Positions 39,550-53,625 of a stretch of 64,000 bases of DNA are shown here, piece after piece. Position 1 is the first letter of the stretch. Each line of letters starts with the position of its first letter. Both the position numbers and the translations under genes were made by a program. Where the stretch lies: positions 46,190,001 through 46,254,000 of the forward strand of contig NC_073383.1 of NCBI RefSeq assembly GCF_028641065.1, written 5' to 3'. Under the pieces are notes generated by a model. That model was not told the DNA's origin. It saw only the letters and a list, made by a program, of their open reading frames with translations, and made no database searches. This DNA is from Leucoraja erinacea (lineage: Eukaryota).

Positions 39550-40785
39550 TAAGCATTGCTGCAAGAAGTATATTTTTTACTTATTCCACAATATTAGTTT
39601 TGTATCTAAAGTTTTTAATTTTCTTAAACTGTTATCATTTGAGGAGCTGCAGTGTAACGGGTGGGTGGCAGAGAAATGTTGCAATTCGAATGAAAGCATG
39701 AGCCATGCACGATTGGGGTATTGGGTACAAAGAGCCGTCAGACTCTGACTCGGTGAGATGTGGGCACTGTAGTGGTGGAACATGTTAGCACCTGACAGCT
39801 GCAAGATGTGCCTCTACATTCACAAATTGTAGTTTTGTGTATTGGACAGCATGCATTAAGATTTCTAATGCAGAAAATAATCAAAAAGCACCATTACAAC
39901 TGATACTTGAGTAGGTGAGGTTGTGCCAAACTATGTGATTAGAGCAATATTGAATTTCTTTTCTTGATGAATAGAAGTTATAAAATATGCCTCTGATCTC
40001 AGTGTATTGAATGAAATTGTGTTGTTTTACTGTTTGGAGGATAAAGAAATTAAACTTATTAAACCTCTTTCATAACTTTGGTAGCCCAAAGTACTTTACA
40101 GCTAAATAAATTCTTCTGTTGTCATTTCAGGATCGCAGCAGCTAATATATATCGATCAAGCTCCCACAAATATCAGAGCACTGATGATTAAGTTTTATTC
40201 TGGGATAACTATTAGCGGGGACCCTGTGCCGAATTCCCAGAATTTTCTTCAAAATATGTCAAATGATCTTTTATCTTCACCAGACAGATCATTACTAGGC
40301 ACCAGTTTAATGTTATCTTACTAGTCTACATCTCCCAACTTCTGTCACTAACATAACTGGCAACCACTGACCCTCAACTGCCTAGCTCCTGATCTTTTTT
40401 GTAGTCAAACTAAAAACTTTCAGAATGGTTGATTCTCTTAAGTGACTAGTGGGAGTAGGCATCTGATAGATATGATGGAGAAGGGCCTTTAAGGCTATAT
40501 TTGGAAAGATCCACAGAACAATGCACAGAGGATAAATATGAATGAGTGATTGCATAGTGAAAGATTGATGATTTCCTTGTTGGAGAAAGGAAAATGAATG
40601 GAGTCGTGGATATTAAGGGAATCAAGGGATGAATGAATAGTGCAGAAAAATGGTATTGCAGTAAGATCTATCATGATCTTGAAGAAGGGCCAGCTAGCCT
40701 ACTGCTACTCCTATTAAGTTATCATTAGATAAGCAGAACCTAAGGAAGCCCAAGTAATGTGCTGTTCATGTTCACTAATACCTGA

Positions 40786-40920
<135 letters not shown>

Positions 40921-40994
40921 TAAGTAAGTAGTAAAGGGTAGGATTGGTTCTGTTAGAAGCTATCTGTTTGCTTTCCTCTGTAATTACCATCAAA

Positions 40995-41620
40995 GGTTAG
41001 TTTATTGTCACGTGTACCAATTAAGGTACAGGGAAACTCGAATTTACCATACAGCCATACTAAAAAGCAATAAGACGCACAACTACATAAGTTAACATAA
41101 ACATCCATCACAGCGGATTCCCTCACTGATGGAAGGCAATAAAGTCAAATTTTCTTCCTCTTTATTCTCCCGCGGTCGGGGCAGTCGAACCATCCGCAGT
41201 AGGGGCGATTGAAGCTCCCGCAGCTGCTGATCGAAGCCCCCCTGCATCAGGGCGGTCAAAGCTCCTGCGACTTGGAGCTCCCGATGTCGGTCTCCAACCA
41301 GGGACGCGGGCTCCACGATTTTAAAGTCCGCAGTTCTCTCTTTTGGAGCTCCCTCAGTTGGAGCTCCCAAAGTCGGTCTCCAGAAAAGACCACCAGCTCC
41401 TTGATGTTAAGCCACAGTGCGGGCGGAGATACGTTATGAAAAAAAATCGCATCTCTGTCGATGTGAGAGATTTTTAAGTCCGTCCACCCCCCACCCCCCC
41501 CCCACACAACAAGCTAAAGAATGCTAAAATATACATTTAACACATACTAAAAACCACCAAAGAAGGAAGGGACGAGACAGACCGTTAGCAAGGTGGCCGC
41601 TGCGGGCCCCACCCGGTGAT
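40995..41620 (-). mobile_element. CpG-rich non-autonomous element with a Rex1-type 3' tail
   Basis: Starts on plus with tttattgtcac..gtacag (reverse of the tail also seen at ~24085); GC-rich non-coding body. Confidence 0.55.
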
Positions 41621-41674
41621 CACAAAACTATTTCTGGCTGGGCAGTGTGTTTGTTCAAGATCAAATGTTTTTAT

Positions 41675-41995
41675 CAGTTATCAAGATCAAGATATATTTA
41701 TTTGTCACATGTGCCAGATGGCACACTAAAATAAAGAACGCACCACACGATAGATTTAAACATAAAACATCCCCACACAGCAGAATCAAAAGTTTCCACT
41801 GAGGGAAGGCACCAAAGTCAGTCTCTTCCTCGATGTTCACCCGTGGTTGGGGCCTCCGGAGCCCTCCGCAGTCGCTGCTATGGCAGCCCACCGCTCAGGC
41901 CTGCTCCCTGGGATGTTGGCTCTCCGACGTCGGGACTGGAGGCCAACCTCAGCGGCTTGGACCTCCAAAACGGCCGCTTCCCACCGCTTCACATT
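41675..41995 (-). mobile_element. Related CpG-rich non-autonomous element
   Basis: atcaagatcaagat microsatellite tail, tttatttgtcac, and aacataaaacatcccc..cacagc and ggaaggca motifs shared with the 40995 copy. Confidence 0.5.
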
Positions 41996-42371
41996 CCTAC
42001 CTCCAATATAATCAAAGTTAGATTATAAATACAACCTCTCAATCCCTCTGGCACCCTCAGCTCCCTCTACACCAACCCATCACCACTCATTCATTGCCCT
42101 AATTCACTCAACAATGCCTGCATCTGTTGCTGTGCTGTAATTGTGACTCTGCACTGTTGCTTACAGAGTTGCCCAAGAAGCTATTTCAAGCCCCTTCCTG
42201 TTTCTTATCTGCATGTTATTTGTGTGTGCCATCATCCATGTAAAATGATTAGGATCCTGCATATGATAATGCCCAGCATTAACTCATGATCTATTTTAAC
42301 TTGACAGTTTAGGGCTTGCATATATTTAATAATGATGTAGATGGGGATTTGGAATCCAGGGAGGAGCATGA

Positions 42372-42641
<270 letters not shown>

Positions 42642-43527
42642 TGATGGGATGTAACGTTCCTCATGTCCTGCACTAAGCAGATAGTTAAAAATCATGCACA
42701 ATTGTGAGTCTAGAGATCACATATTAACTAGATAGATAGATACTTTATAGTCACATTTACAGTGCAAGTCTTTGTTTTTGCATACCCTTTGTTTTTATAT
42801 ACCCAAAACGCAGTCGCCACAAGGCACAGACAAAGTTAAAGTACCCTTAAATATTGTTGGTCCCTTCTTCATTCGGGGGGAATGAAGAAGGGACCAACGG
42901 GGGGGACACCACTTCCACCACAGGTCCCTCTTGTTCTGGGCAGCCCAAGTACATCGGGTCCGCTCTGTTCTTCATGTCTTTGGCCTTAGTGACTTCAGCC
43001 CCCAGGGACTAAACCGCATGTTCCACGTCCCTCCTCGCTTTTGGTCAATGCCAGTGGCTCGGGCGTGAGGTCGGAGTGCACAGGTCCTACGGGTAGGTCG
43101 AAGGTCCGCGACAAGTGATTCTCAGTCTGTGGTGGATGGTCCTCCGTCGTCTATCTGCAGCATCGGTGGATCTGCCTGCTGGGTCCTTCCCACACCACAC
43201 CGCTTCGGCTGCCCTGAAAGCCGCGGTGCCTTGTGGGTGCCTTCAGCCATGCGTAGCACCCTGGGATAGAATCGTGATTACCATTACCGAGCTCAGCTTT
43301 TAGACACTCCTGATTTGTAGACTTGAATTTGAATTCTCACGGTACCGTGGTGGCATTCATGCTCTTGCATCTGCATCAGTGGTCCATTCATTTAGTGACA
43401 TAACTATAATTTACCCTACTCCAATGGGCAGTACAGTTCCACAAAGCTCTGCAGGCCTGTTTGTCACAATAATAGCAAATTAAATGGGAAATCTTGATTG
43501 AGGCAGGCAATTTTCTATTGAGAATAA

Positions 43528-43863
<336 letters not shown>

Positions 43864-44035
43864 TAAAAAAATGCACCTCTTCCCCTCCTGATACTTCAGA
43901 TTCCCCGCTTTCAAATTAACCTCGACCTTGCCGTTTCCAATGCCTGTGTGAGGGCTGCTTCCATCCATCGCACTTGAGGCAGATGCCAGCAGGATGCCTG
44001 GATGATGGGTGGCACATGGCCTTCTTTCCCAGCCA

Positions 44036-44130
44036 GCTACGGTGGCACAGCTTCCAGTGTCTCAAGTTTGATCCCAACCTCCACAATGTGGAGTTTGCAC
44101 ATTCTCCCTTTGAATGTGTGGGTTTCCTTC

Positions 44131-44164
<34 letters not shown>

Positions 44165-44370
44165 TGGAGATTCCCCTATGTCCTCCCACAACCCAAAGGA
44201 ATGCAGGTTGGTAGGTTAATTGGCTGCTGTAAATTGCCCCTGGTGTGTGTGTGAGTGGTAGAATCTGGAAGGAAGTTAAAGGAAATCTGGGTAGAATAAA
44301 ACAGGATTCATACAAATGTGTGGTGGATGGGTGGTGCAGACTTGATGTGCTAAAGGGCCTGCCTCTGCAC
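44036..44370 (+). mobile_element. V-SINE with an internal poly-C expansion
   Basis: tgtggagtttgcacattctccc..gtgggtttcc..tcctcccacaacccaaag..ggttaattggc V-domain. Confidence 0.75.
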
Positions 44371-44680
44371 ATGGAACGGTACAGCACTGGAACAGGCCCC
44401 TTGACCCACAGTATGTGTGATGCCAAGTTAAACTGTATGACATCTGTACTCATGTCTCACTCTGTCTGGATAAGGGCTGCCCTTGGGTAAACCCTTCAAC
44501 TTAAAGGAGCAGCACTTGGTATGAGAGTCTCTGTCTGACACCTGTATTTAATGTTCTGTGCTCTGTCAATATTCTGTATTCTCTACTGTCTCTCCTTGTG
44601 TATTGTACTATCTTCACTCTGTCCTTTCCCCTTGGCCTGCTGGACAGGGTGTACGCTAAATGTTTTGTGTTGAATCCCAG

Positions 44681-44839
44681 ATTGTGTTGACCTCCTATTT
44701 GATGCTGAGTCAAGCGACCCCACCTCCCTAACCTGTGACTCGTCTGAATTGACCGGAGAGCGCAAGAGGAATGGGGAGGGGATGCCAGTGGCGCCCAAGC
44801 ACAGTCAGCAAGAACCAGCAGCTGTGGCAACGGCAGAGG
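44681..44839 (+). CDS. HYCC2: HYCC2 alternative (cassette) exon, phase 1-1; frame stays open to TAA at 44958 if the donor is skipped
   Basis: cccag|AT TGT..GCA GAG G|gtaggc, 159 bp, (N)CVDLLFDAESSDPTSLTC..EPAAVATAE; resembles a recalled alternative FAM126B exon. Confidence 0.7.
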
Positions 44840-46489
44840 GTAGGCCAGAAATAAAGAGGCAGAGATCAGTGAGGGTGCTGGAAGTCAAACGTGGCTCTTT
44901 ACCCAAAGCAGGGGCTCTTTATCCCAGTGCCTGTATCCACTATCCCAGCGTGCATTAATGCCTTTCCCCTATTCTAGCATCAGGTCAGGTAGTATCATTC
45001 TTGTACTTTGCTGTACCAGGCCAGATCCAAGGCTGTGAGAATGGCAAAGGGTGATTTTGAAGGCTGAATGTTTGGCTGAGAAGACTCTCTGATAAGGTTG
45101 TGCTTTCTGAGTGTTGCTTGCATGTTCTCTTGCATCTCTCCCCTGTACCAGCCTAATCATCACAATCTCTGAGCCTTCCCCTTCCTTCCCACCCCCACTT
45201 CTCCAATGTTCTGCTTCCATTACCTCCTGCACTGTGTGTGGTTCCAGTGACACCGGATACTATGGTTCCACATCCAAACTTTTGCCAAATGAGAAATCCA
45301 GTTGGTGTTTCTCAATATGTCCTTTGAATAGAAAGCCTGCAAGTTCTACCTGATGGTGACTGGGCAGTGGTTGGGTGCAGAAAACCAGGGTGAGTAACTC
45401 TGGAGAACGAGGTCTCATGTATTTCTCCTATGATGTTAACTCTGGACATCCCACAGATAAAACCGAAGCTTTTATCTATCTGTGCATGGTCAAGCATTTA
45501 AGAAGTCCAATTTATAGCAACGTATAGAAACAAATAGTTTTGGGGTATTAGTTAAAAGGGGCTTGGACAGTACATATACGGAGCAAGTTAGTGCTCAGAC
45601 GAGTGCTATCCTGACTTCTACAATGGAACATACTTGATCTGTTCTTGATTTGATCTGGAATTAGATTACTGGATCATATGAAAATAACGGGGTTTAATTA
45701 TTGGTGGTAGACAAAAATGCTAGAGAAACTCAGCGGGTGAGGCAGCACCTATGGAGCGAAGGAAATGGGCAACGTTTCGGGCCAAAACCCTTTTTGCAAA
45801 TGCCATTGACTTTTCTTCATTTATAAAATTGTAATTTATGGCAAGTTTAAAAGATAAATAACCATGTATATCTCCATTCTAGTGATGAAGCAGTCAATGT
45901 CTTATGATTTCAATGAATGGGTGTGACAGTGGATGTGGAGGGTCTACCTTGGCTTTGTAAGCTCTGCTGCATGTGTGTGCTTATTATTCTATGTACTTCA
46001 TTTGGACTATTTGCTGGCTGGGCTGCTATGTAACTGGTAAAGAGAGGAATGCAGGATTACTGTAGCTTACCCAATATTTCAATGTCAAACTATGTGTTTG
46101 ATTTAGATGTTAATGGAATGAAAAAAAATCATTATCTAATAGTCCCCACAGAGGCAGTCTTATGACTTTTATCAAGCTGAGTCTGTTTGTATTGCAGGGT
46201 CAGAATGTGCTTCTGAGGAATTATGTTTTTGCATTTGGATGTCATGAAAAGTGACAATGTTCTAGAGTAACTCAGCGGATCAGGCAGAATCTCTGAAGAA
46301 CATGTATAGGTGACAGGTAGACAAATGTGCTGGGGAAACTCAATGGGTGCAGCAGCATCTATGGAGTGAAGAAAATGTACAGGTGACATTTTGGATTGGG
46401 ACCATTCTTCACACTGATTGTGTGTATGTGGGAATATGGGATTGGGGATGAAAGCTGGAAGAGAAGAGGGGCAGAAAATCCTGGCAAGT

Positions 46490-47672
46490 TGGTAAAATTT
46501 TAGAGTCCATTATAAAGGATAAGGTTACGGAGTACTTAGAAGCTCATGATAAAATAGGCTGAAGTCAGCATGGTTTTGTGAAGGGGAGATTAATTGCCTG
46601 ATGAATTTGTTGGAATTCTCTGAAGAAGTAAATAGCATGACAGACAAAGAAGAGTCAGTGGATGTTGTTTACCTAGATTTTCAGAAAGCCTTTGATAAAG
46701 TACCACATGAGAGGCTGCTAAGGGAGATGAGAGTCCAGGGTATCAAAGGGCAGATACTAGCATGGATAGCAGGTTGGCTGAATGGCAGAAGGCAAAGAGT
46801 GGCAATAAACAGGTTTTTTTCTTGTTGGCTGACAGTGACTAGTGGAGTTCCGCAGAAGTCTATGCTGGGGCCGCCACTCTTCATGTTGTATATTAATGAT
46901 TTGGATGAGGGGATTGAAGGCTTTGTGGTCGTTTGCAGATGTTATGAAAATAGGTGAAGGGGCAGGTAGTGTAGAGGAAGCAGGGACTGCAGAAGGACTT
47001 GGCAGCTTGGGAGAGTGGGCAGAGAAGTGGCAGATGGAATATAGTGTAGCAAAGTGTGGAGTCATGCATTTTGGTAGTCAGAATAAAGGCGTAGACTATT
47101 TTCTAAATGTGGAGAGAATCCAGAAATTGGAGGTGCAAAGGGACTTGGGAGTGCTCATTCCCAAAAAGTTCATTTGCAATTAGTAAGGAAGGCAAAGGCA
47201 ATGCTAAAATCTATTTCAAGAGGGCTAGAATACAAGAACAGGAATGTAATGCTGAGGCTCTAAGGCGCTGGTCAGGCAGCATTTGGAGTATTGTGAGTAA
47301 TTTTGGGCACCATATCTGAGGAAGGATGTGCCAGCTCTGGAGAGGGTCCAGAGTTGGGTTACAAGAATCATCCCAAGAATGAGTGGGTTAACATATGATG
47401 AGCGTTTGACGGCACTGGGCCTGTACTTGCTAGAGTTCGGAAGGATGAGGGGGTTCCTCATTGAAACTAACCGAATAGTGAAAGGCTTGGACAGAGTGGA
47501 TTTGGAGAGAGCATTTCCACCAGTTGGAGAGGGTAAGAATAGAGCTCATTGCCTCAGAATTAAAGGCCGTTCCTTTAGGAAGGAGATAAGGAGGAATTTA
47601 TTTAGTCCTAGGATGGTGAGCCTGTGGAATTCTTTACCACAGAAGGCTGTGGAGGCCAAGTCAATGGATATT
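46490..47672 (+). mobile_element. CR1 LINE RT fragment (frameshifted)
   Basis: VYLDFQKAFDKVPHERLL, SGVPQKSMLGP and LWNSLPQKAVEA motifs. Confidence 0.9.
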
Positions 47673-48245
47673 TCCCACCAAAACCACCCCTCCCCAGGTA
47701 CTTTCTCTTGCAACTGTAGGAGCTTGAAGGAAGGAGGGGCAGGTCAAAAACTGGCAAGTAATGAATGGATAGAGGGCTGAATCTCCTGGTTGCTAACCAT
47801 GTTAATTCCCCATTACCATACTGATCTTTGTTCTGGGCCGCCTCCACTGCCAGAGTGAGGCCCACATGCCCCCCCCCCCCCCCCCCCCGCCCACCCCCCC
47901 CCCCTCCCCTGTGCCTCTCCTGGACTCACAGCGACATCCTCTTACTTTACAGTTTGGGACTCTTCAATCCTTTTGTCTCGCACCTTTTGTCATTTCATCT
48001 CTGGCCTTTGTCTTCGTATCTGCCTATCAGCCCCCATCACCTCTATCCATCTATTAGTTACCAGTCTATGTCCTGTCCCTCCTCTCTTCAAGCTTTCTTT
48101 TCCACCACCGTCTCCTCACAATCAGGAAGCCCTGACACAAAACGTCACCCATCTGTGTTCTCCAGGGTGCTGCCTGACCTGCTGAGTTACTCCAGCAGTT
48201 TTTTTGTTTTTTTAAACAAGCATCTGCAGTTCCTTGTTTCTGCAT
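47673..48245 (+). mobile_element. Rearranged Penelope-like 3' fragment
   Basis: PGTFSCNCR remnant, VANH..LHCQSEA remnant, pyrimidine-rich UTR, then the same tail ending gcatctgcagttccttg. Confidence 0.6.
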
Positions 48246-48587
48246 GAAAAGTGACATTTGATGCAAGAAAAATACTTAAGAAATGTTTCTATTTAAATGT
48301 GCTCTCAAACGTATGTTGCCCTCTCCATTCCAAAATTGCTTCTCGTGTTCCTTTTGTATTACAAAAAAGTTGTTTATGCTTGCGGAGATAAAGTGGTGAT
48401 TATTTTGATGTGCATGTTTGAGGAGAACCTTGGTAAAAGTTAATTGAAGCATAGTCAGCAAGGGTTACTGATAATCAAATGTTACTGATAAAAGTTATTT
48501 ATTTGGATTCCTAATGAAGTTCCTCATGGCTGCATAAAATTAACTGTAGAATAATTTGAATCGCACAACAAATGTTCATTTATGCAG

Positions 48588-48782
48588 CAGATGGATACAA
48601 AAAACTAGAGTAACTCAGCAGGTCACACTGCATCTCTGGAGAAAAGGAATGGGTGACGTTTCGGGTCGAAGGAACGTCTCAACCCGAAACGTCACCTATT
48701 CCTTTTCTCCAGCGATGCTATCTGACTCACTGAGTTACTCCAGCTTTTTGTGCCTATCTTCGGTTTAAACCAGTACCTTCCT
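48588..48782. mobile_element. Penelope-derived fold-back element
   Basis: ggtgacgtttcgggt / acccgaaacgtcacc central inverted repeat with extended arms. Confidence 0.75.
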
Positions 48783-49540
48783 ATTTATTTATACAGCACT
48801 TTTACAACATTTCTTGCCCCAAACCACTCTGCAGCCAATTGTATACTTTAAGCATAGCTACTGTTGCAATACATGAATTTCAGTATTTGTTTTGCACAGA
48901 CAACTCTCATAAGCAAAAACATGGTAATAATTGGATGTTTCATTTGATTGATCTGGAAAGATTGTCTGGGTGATTGAGGGGAAAGCACACAAGGTCCATA
49001 TCTCAAGACTAACGCTCAGGCAGGTAGCTCACCAACAACTTCTCATGGGCAGTTAAGGATGGGCAATTAAATGCTGGCTCAGCCTGCAAAGTCCAGATCC
49101 TCTGAATAAGTAGTAAAAATACTTCAAATGGTGTAATGGATTAATTTGAGAGGGCAAAGTGAACTTAATGTGAAAGATGATACCTCTGACAGTGCAGTCG
49201 TCCAAAGGATGTACACTGGGATAATGGAACCGAATGTTTGAAATTACTCAACTGAATGGGTTGGAGTACATGTGAAAGAAGTAATGTCAGGCTGAAGGGC
49301 AGGTAGTGTGGAGTCTTATCGGGTTATTGGTTACTAATCTACATAAACTAATGAAATTGGATGCAACTAGTGATTTAAAAGGAGGCAATTTTATAAAGAA
49401 CTGCAGGATTTATTGATTGATTTTAAAACAAATGTGCATGTTCTCGTATATTCCACCTTCGAGCTAACTCTCGTTTCCCCAGACCCTAATGTACTCATTG
49501 AACTGCAACTCTCCACGTCCAACAAAATAACTTGCTTTTT

Positions 49541-49573
49541 GTCTGAAGAAGGATCTCGACTCGAAACGTCACC
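49541..49573 (+). ncRNA. Minimal hammerhead ribozyme motif at the head of a Penelope tail copy (copy extends to ~49636)
   Basis: gt-CTGAAGA-A-GGAT(CTCG)ACTC-GAAAC-GTC-acc; stem II partly mismatched. Confidence 0.5.
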
Positions 49574-50009
49574 CATTGCTTCTCTCCATAGAAGCTGCCT
49601 GTCCCGCAGAGATACTCCAACATTTTGTGTCCATCTTTGCTTTTTTTTTTTTTTTTTTTTTTAATTCACTTCAACTTCCATCGGCCCTACAACCATCCCA
49701 GATATTTGCACTCTGGCCTTCCATTACTTTGCACATCCCTGAATTCAATAGGTCTACTCTATCACAACTTGCCAAGTCTTTGGAATACCTTCCATAAACA
49801 TCTCTGCCCATCTAACAATCTGCTCCATATGAATTGTCACTTTGAGTAATATACATTACTTTTTATGTGGTGCAGCAGTTTTTTTTTTCTCCTTCATGAA
49901 AACATTGTAAATGCAAGTTGTCTTGTGTGTTTGCGGACAGAATACTAGATTCTTTAGTTTTGGGTAGTGAAGACAGGAGTGTGAGTGGTCGGTGTGACGG
50001 ACCTGATGA

Positions 50010-50546
<537 letters not shown>

Positions 50547-53500
50547 GCAGGCACTGCCTTCCTTGTCCAATCAATAATGTCTGGGTATCCTTTTTAAACA
50601 CCATTCTCTTTTGGGAGTTGTCCCGCTGTCCCCTTCTCCTTCTTTCCCCAATTCCCTCCCAAAACCTATCACCCCTCCCTGACTTTCAGCTCTATTTTAT
50701 TCCAAGTGATGATACTGTGCAGAATAAAGAAACTATTTTGTACTGGAAGAGCAATAAAGGAGTCTGTAGGAAGCAGGCTGTGGTGTGACGTATGTCCCCA
50801 CATTCAGTCTGTTCCCTACCTCGTCTTCGGGTGATGTGCAATCCATTGGTACCAGTCTTGACTGAGTACTGGAACTTGTCCATTTCTATCTGACCTTCCA
50901 CGGCAGGCGATTCTCGGTTTGTCCAGCGCTGTCTTTCAATTTGTACAGCTTGACACTGACCTATTTCTTCAGAATACACTATGTTGCCTTCAGAAAGGCC
51001 CAAACGTTCTTTTGCTTGCCCATACCTGAATACATCATTAAAGAAAAGAGCAACGTTTATATCGCCGCTAACGGGCAATGTCACTGAAAGAACATTTTCA
51101 TGAAACTATTTGAGAACCCCGTGAACACGTAACAGCTGCAAATCACTGACCATAGTTTGCTGAGGTGACCAAACCCACTTCACTAAGCTTCACCTTTTGA
51201 CACAAAAAAATTGAAAACTTGTCTCCTTGCACAGCATCCAATCAATATTTAATTGGAATGCTTAACTGTGTAGAGCCAAGAGATGTTTAAACCATAAATA
51301 GTAGTAGTTTCTCATTTCTCCCCATCCCCCACTAGTATGTCTCATAATGGGCTAGCGTTGCACTGATAGTTGAAGAAGTGAAATTGCACTATAGTACACA
51401 TAGACACAATCTAAACCGCGATGAGATTTGGAGTATTAAGCAAAGACTGGCCCATTTGGTACTTGTAAAACAGCAACATAAATGTTCCCTCCCTTTCATT
51501 CGGATTCTTTATTAATATAGGTATTTAACCCTCTGGGGCTCAGATGCCCAGGGTCACTGGTCCCTAGAGCATATCATTCTCCAATAGCTATTTGTTGTAT
51601 AATGTATTAATTGGGTGTGTAACTGTAAGAGCCTTTTGTGGGAGTGTACCCACTTTTGTGCACACTTCCAGTACTGGGTACGGATCTCTCACTCTTAACC
51701 TTGTAAGGATGTGTATGCCTGTATGTACATTTGACTGTCTGTTTCTACCTATACATCCATGTGTCGTGTACCATGGATGGTTCCTGATGAATAGTTGTCA
51801 CAAATGTGCATGGATATCTGCACTAAAGCCCAAGGGTTCTTGAATGATGTTGAGGGAGCTGGCTCCATATTCAGCACAAGTCAGGCCTGGGCCTATGGCA
51901 ATAACTTGAGTCATTGTTATGAGCTTGGAGCTGATACTTATTGAGATAAAATATTTTGTTTTTTCTCTTTCTGGAGGTCTTGATACTTTAAGTTGCTTGA
52001 TCATCTCTCATGAATATCACTCCACTTCCTTGATAGGTTTTGTTGGGAAAAGCCGCAGTGACAGCTGGTACCTGAAAATGCATTTTTTATTTTAATCCAG
52101 CCCTGGAGAGAACAGGAATGGGGTTCCCTGGGGTCAAAATGCTTTCAGGTTATGCTTTGGCTATGTTCGGATTTCTGTTTTTAGAAACCGTGGGAGGAAA
52201 CATTGATTAGATTTCTGTATAAGCCTTTGGTAAATTTTGTATATTCCTGGGTGTCTTATGTTTGTATCCTGCCTGCAGGATGTCCAGCTGCTGTAATATG
52301 TTTATAAATACCAGTCGGCTACCAATCATGCAGCAACTCCCAACCTAAGAAGTAATGTAGTTTTGCTCCATGGCCCAAAATTAGCCTTTGCTTGCAAGCA
52401 CGCTCTAGAATCTGTACTCCATTCTCCTGGTAAAGGAATGTTTGGGATCCTTGGAATGTAAAACCTCACTGCCTCTCCCAACCAGTACACTGCCAGGCCA
52501 ATTTGTCTGGCCAAGGAAAGTTCCCTGAGCACTTGCTTCCAATTTGGAGACCACGGTATGGTGTGGTGGAGACCACAGACAGGTGTGGTGGAATCTCTGC
52601 CTCGGGTCAATGTTTTAAAGAGGTAAACTTGGATTTGATTAGGCTGCTGCCTGGCCTTTGCGAGTACTATTGGATCAATTCTTGGTATGCATCGTCTAGC
52701 TATAACTGATATTAAGTTATCCATTCAAATGATTTTGTTTTGCACACTTTGATTTTTACATTCCGCCATGGGTTGGGTGCTTGATAGCCTGGGATCGGGC
52801 CACCTTTTTTACGTTCCAACTTTGTTTCACAAGTGACCAAGGTAATTAGCCAAGTGATTTGAATTATCCAGGGCTCAGTCAGTTGGTCTTGAAGAGGTTA
52901 TAGGAGTTACAGCAACGGGTTGATTGAGCAACACGGGTAATTAATTTGGGTTTATTCTGTCTGGAAATAGGGCAGTGCCCCTTCGAACATTGTCGGCTCT
53001 CCCCGTTTATAGAGCTGATGGACCTGTAGGAATCAACCCATTCTCTACAAATTTAATGCTGTGTTTGTTTGGTCTTCCGTCTTGGTGCTTGTGAACAAAT
53101 ATCAATAGAAGTATTTATTTTGCCCAAAGAATGTTCAGCTGCAGTGATAATATGTCCAGTGAAGTTGATCTGACCAGTGTGGATCTGACTTTAGCTGGAG
53201 GCTACGTATGGGAGAGGAATGTTCCTCATTCCTCCCAGCTGGGTTAAGCTCATAGTCTACTGAAAACTGGAGAGTACGTCAAGAGTAAAATGCTCCTGTG
53301 TTCCTGAGAAATTCTCAAGGGACTGGGAGCTGTACTTTAATGGGATAATAATAGCAAAAGTAGAATCTAATGGAAATTCGAGTGTTGCCGTTTGGATTGG
53401 TGCATGTATATCTGTCATTCTTTGATCAAAAATCTTTTTTTAAATTAAAAATGAGCTGTACTGTTAATGCAAGATGTGAATGTGATATTGTAAATACTTG

Positions 53501-53625
53501 TCAGATTAAAGATTTTAAATGTGTAAATACAGATGTATAAACATTCAGATCCATCTGCAATGCAGAGAAATTATCTATCTGTAATCTCATTTCCTGGAAT
53601 AAATACTGTGCTGTTTCTGCATTTC
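50547..53625 (+). other. Probable HYCC2 3' UTR
   Basis: Stretch after the stop with no recognisable repeats, ending in an AU-rich block with AATAAA followed by U/GU-rich sequence. Confidence 0.6.
53598..53603 (+). terminator. Distal polyadenylation signal of HYCC2
   Basis: AATAAA with upstream TGTA elements and downstream T-rich sequence. Confidence 0.6.

Noticed and set aside
44131-44163. Long poly-C runs (also ~37237, ~47868, ~55602, ~59829) giving poly-Pro or poly-Gly ORFs
   Set aside because: Homopolymer expansions within repeats; lengths are unreliable and not coding
50692-52724. 130-aa and 132-aa minus-strand ORFs in the 3' UTR
   Set aside because: No recognisable domain or splice context; chance ORFs
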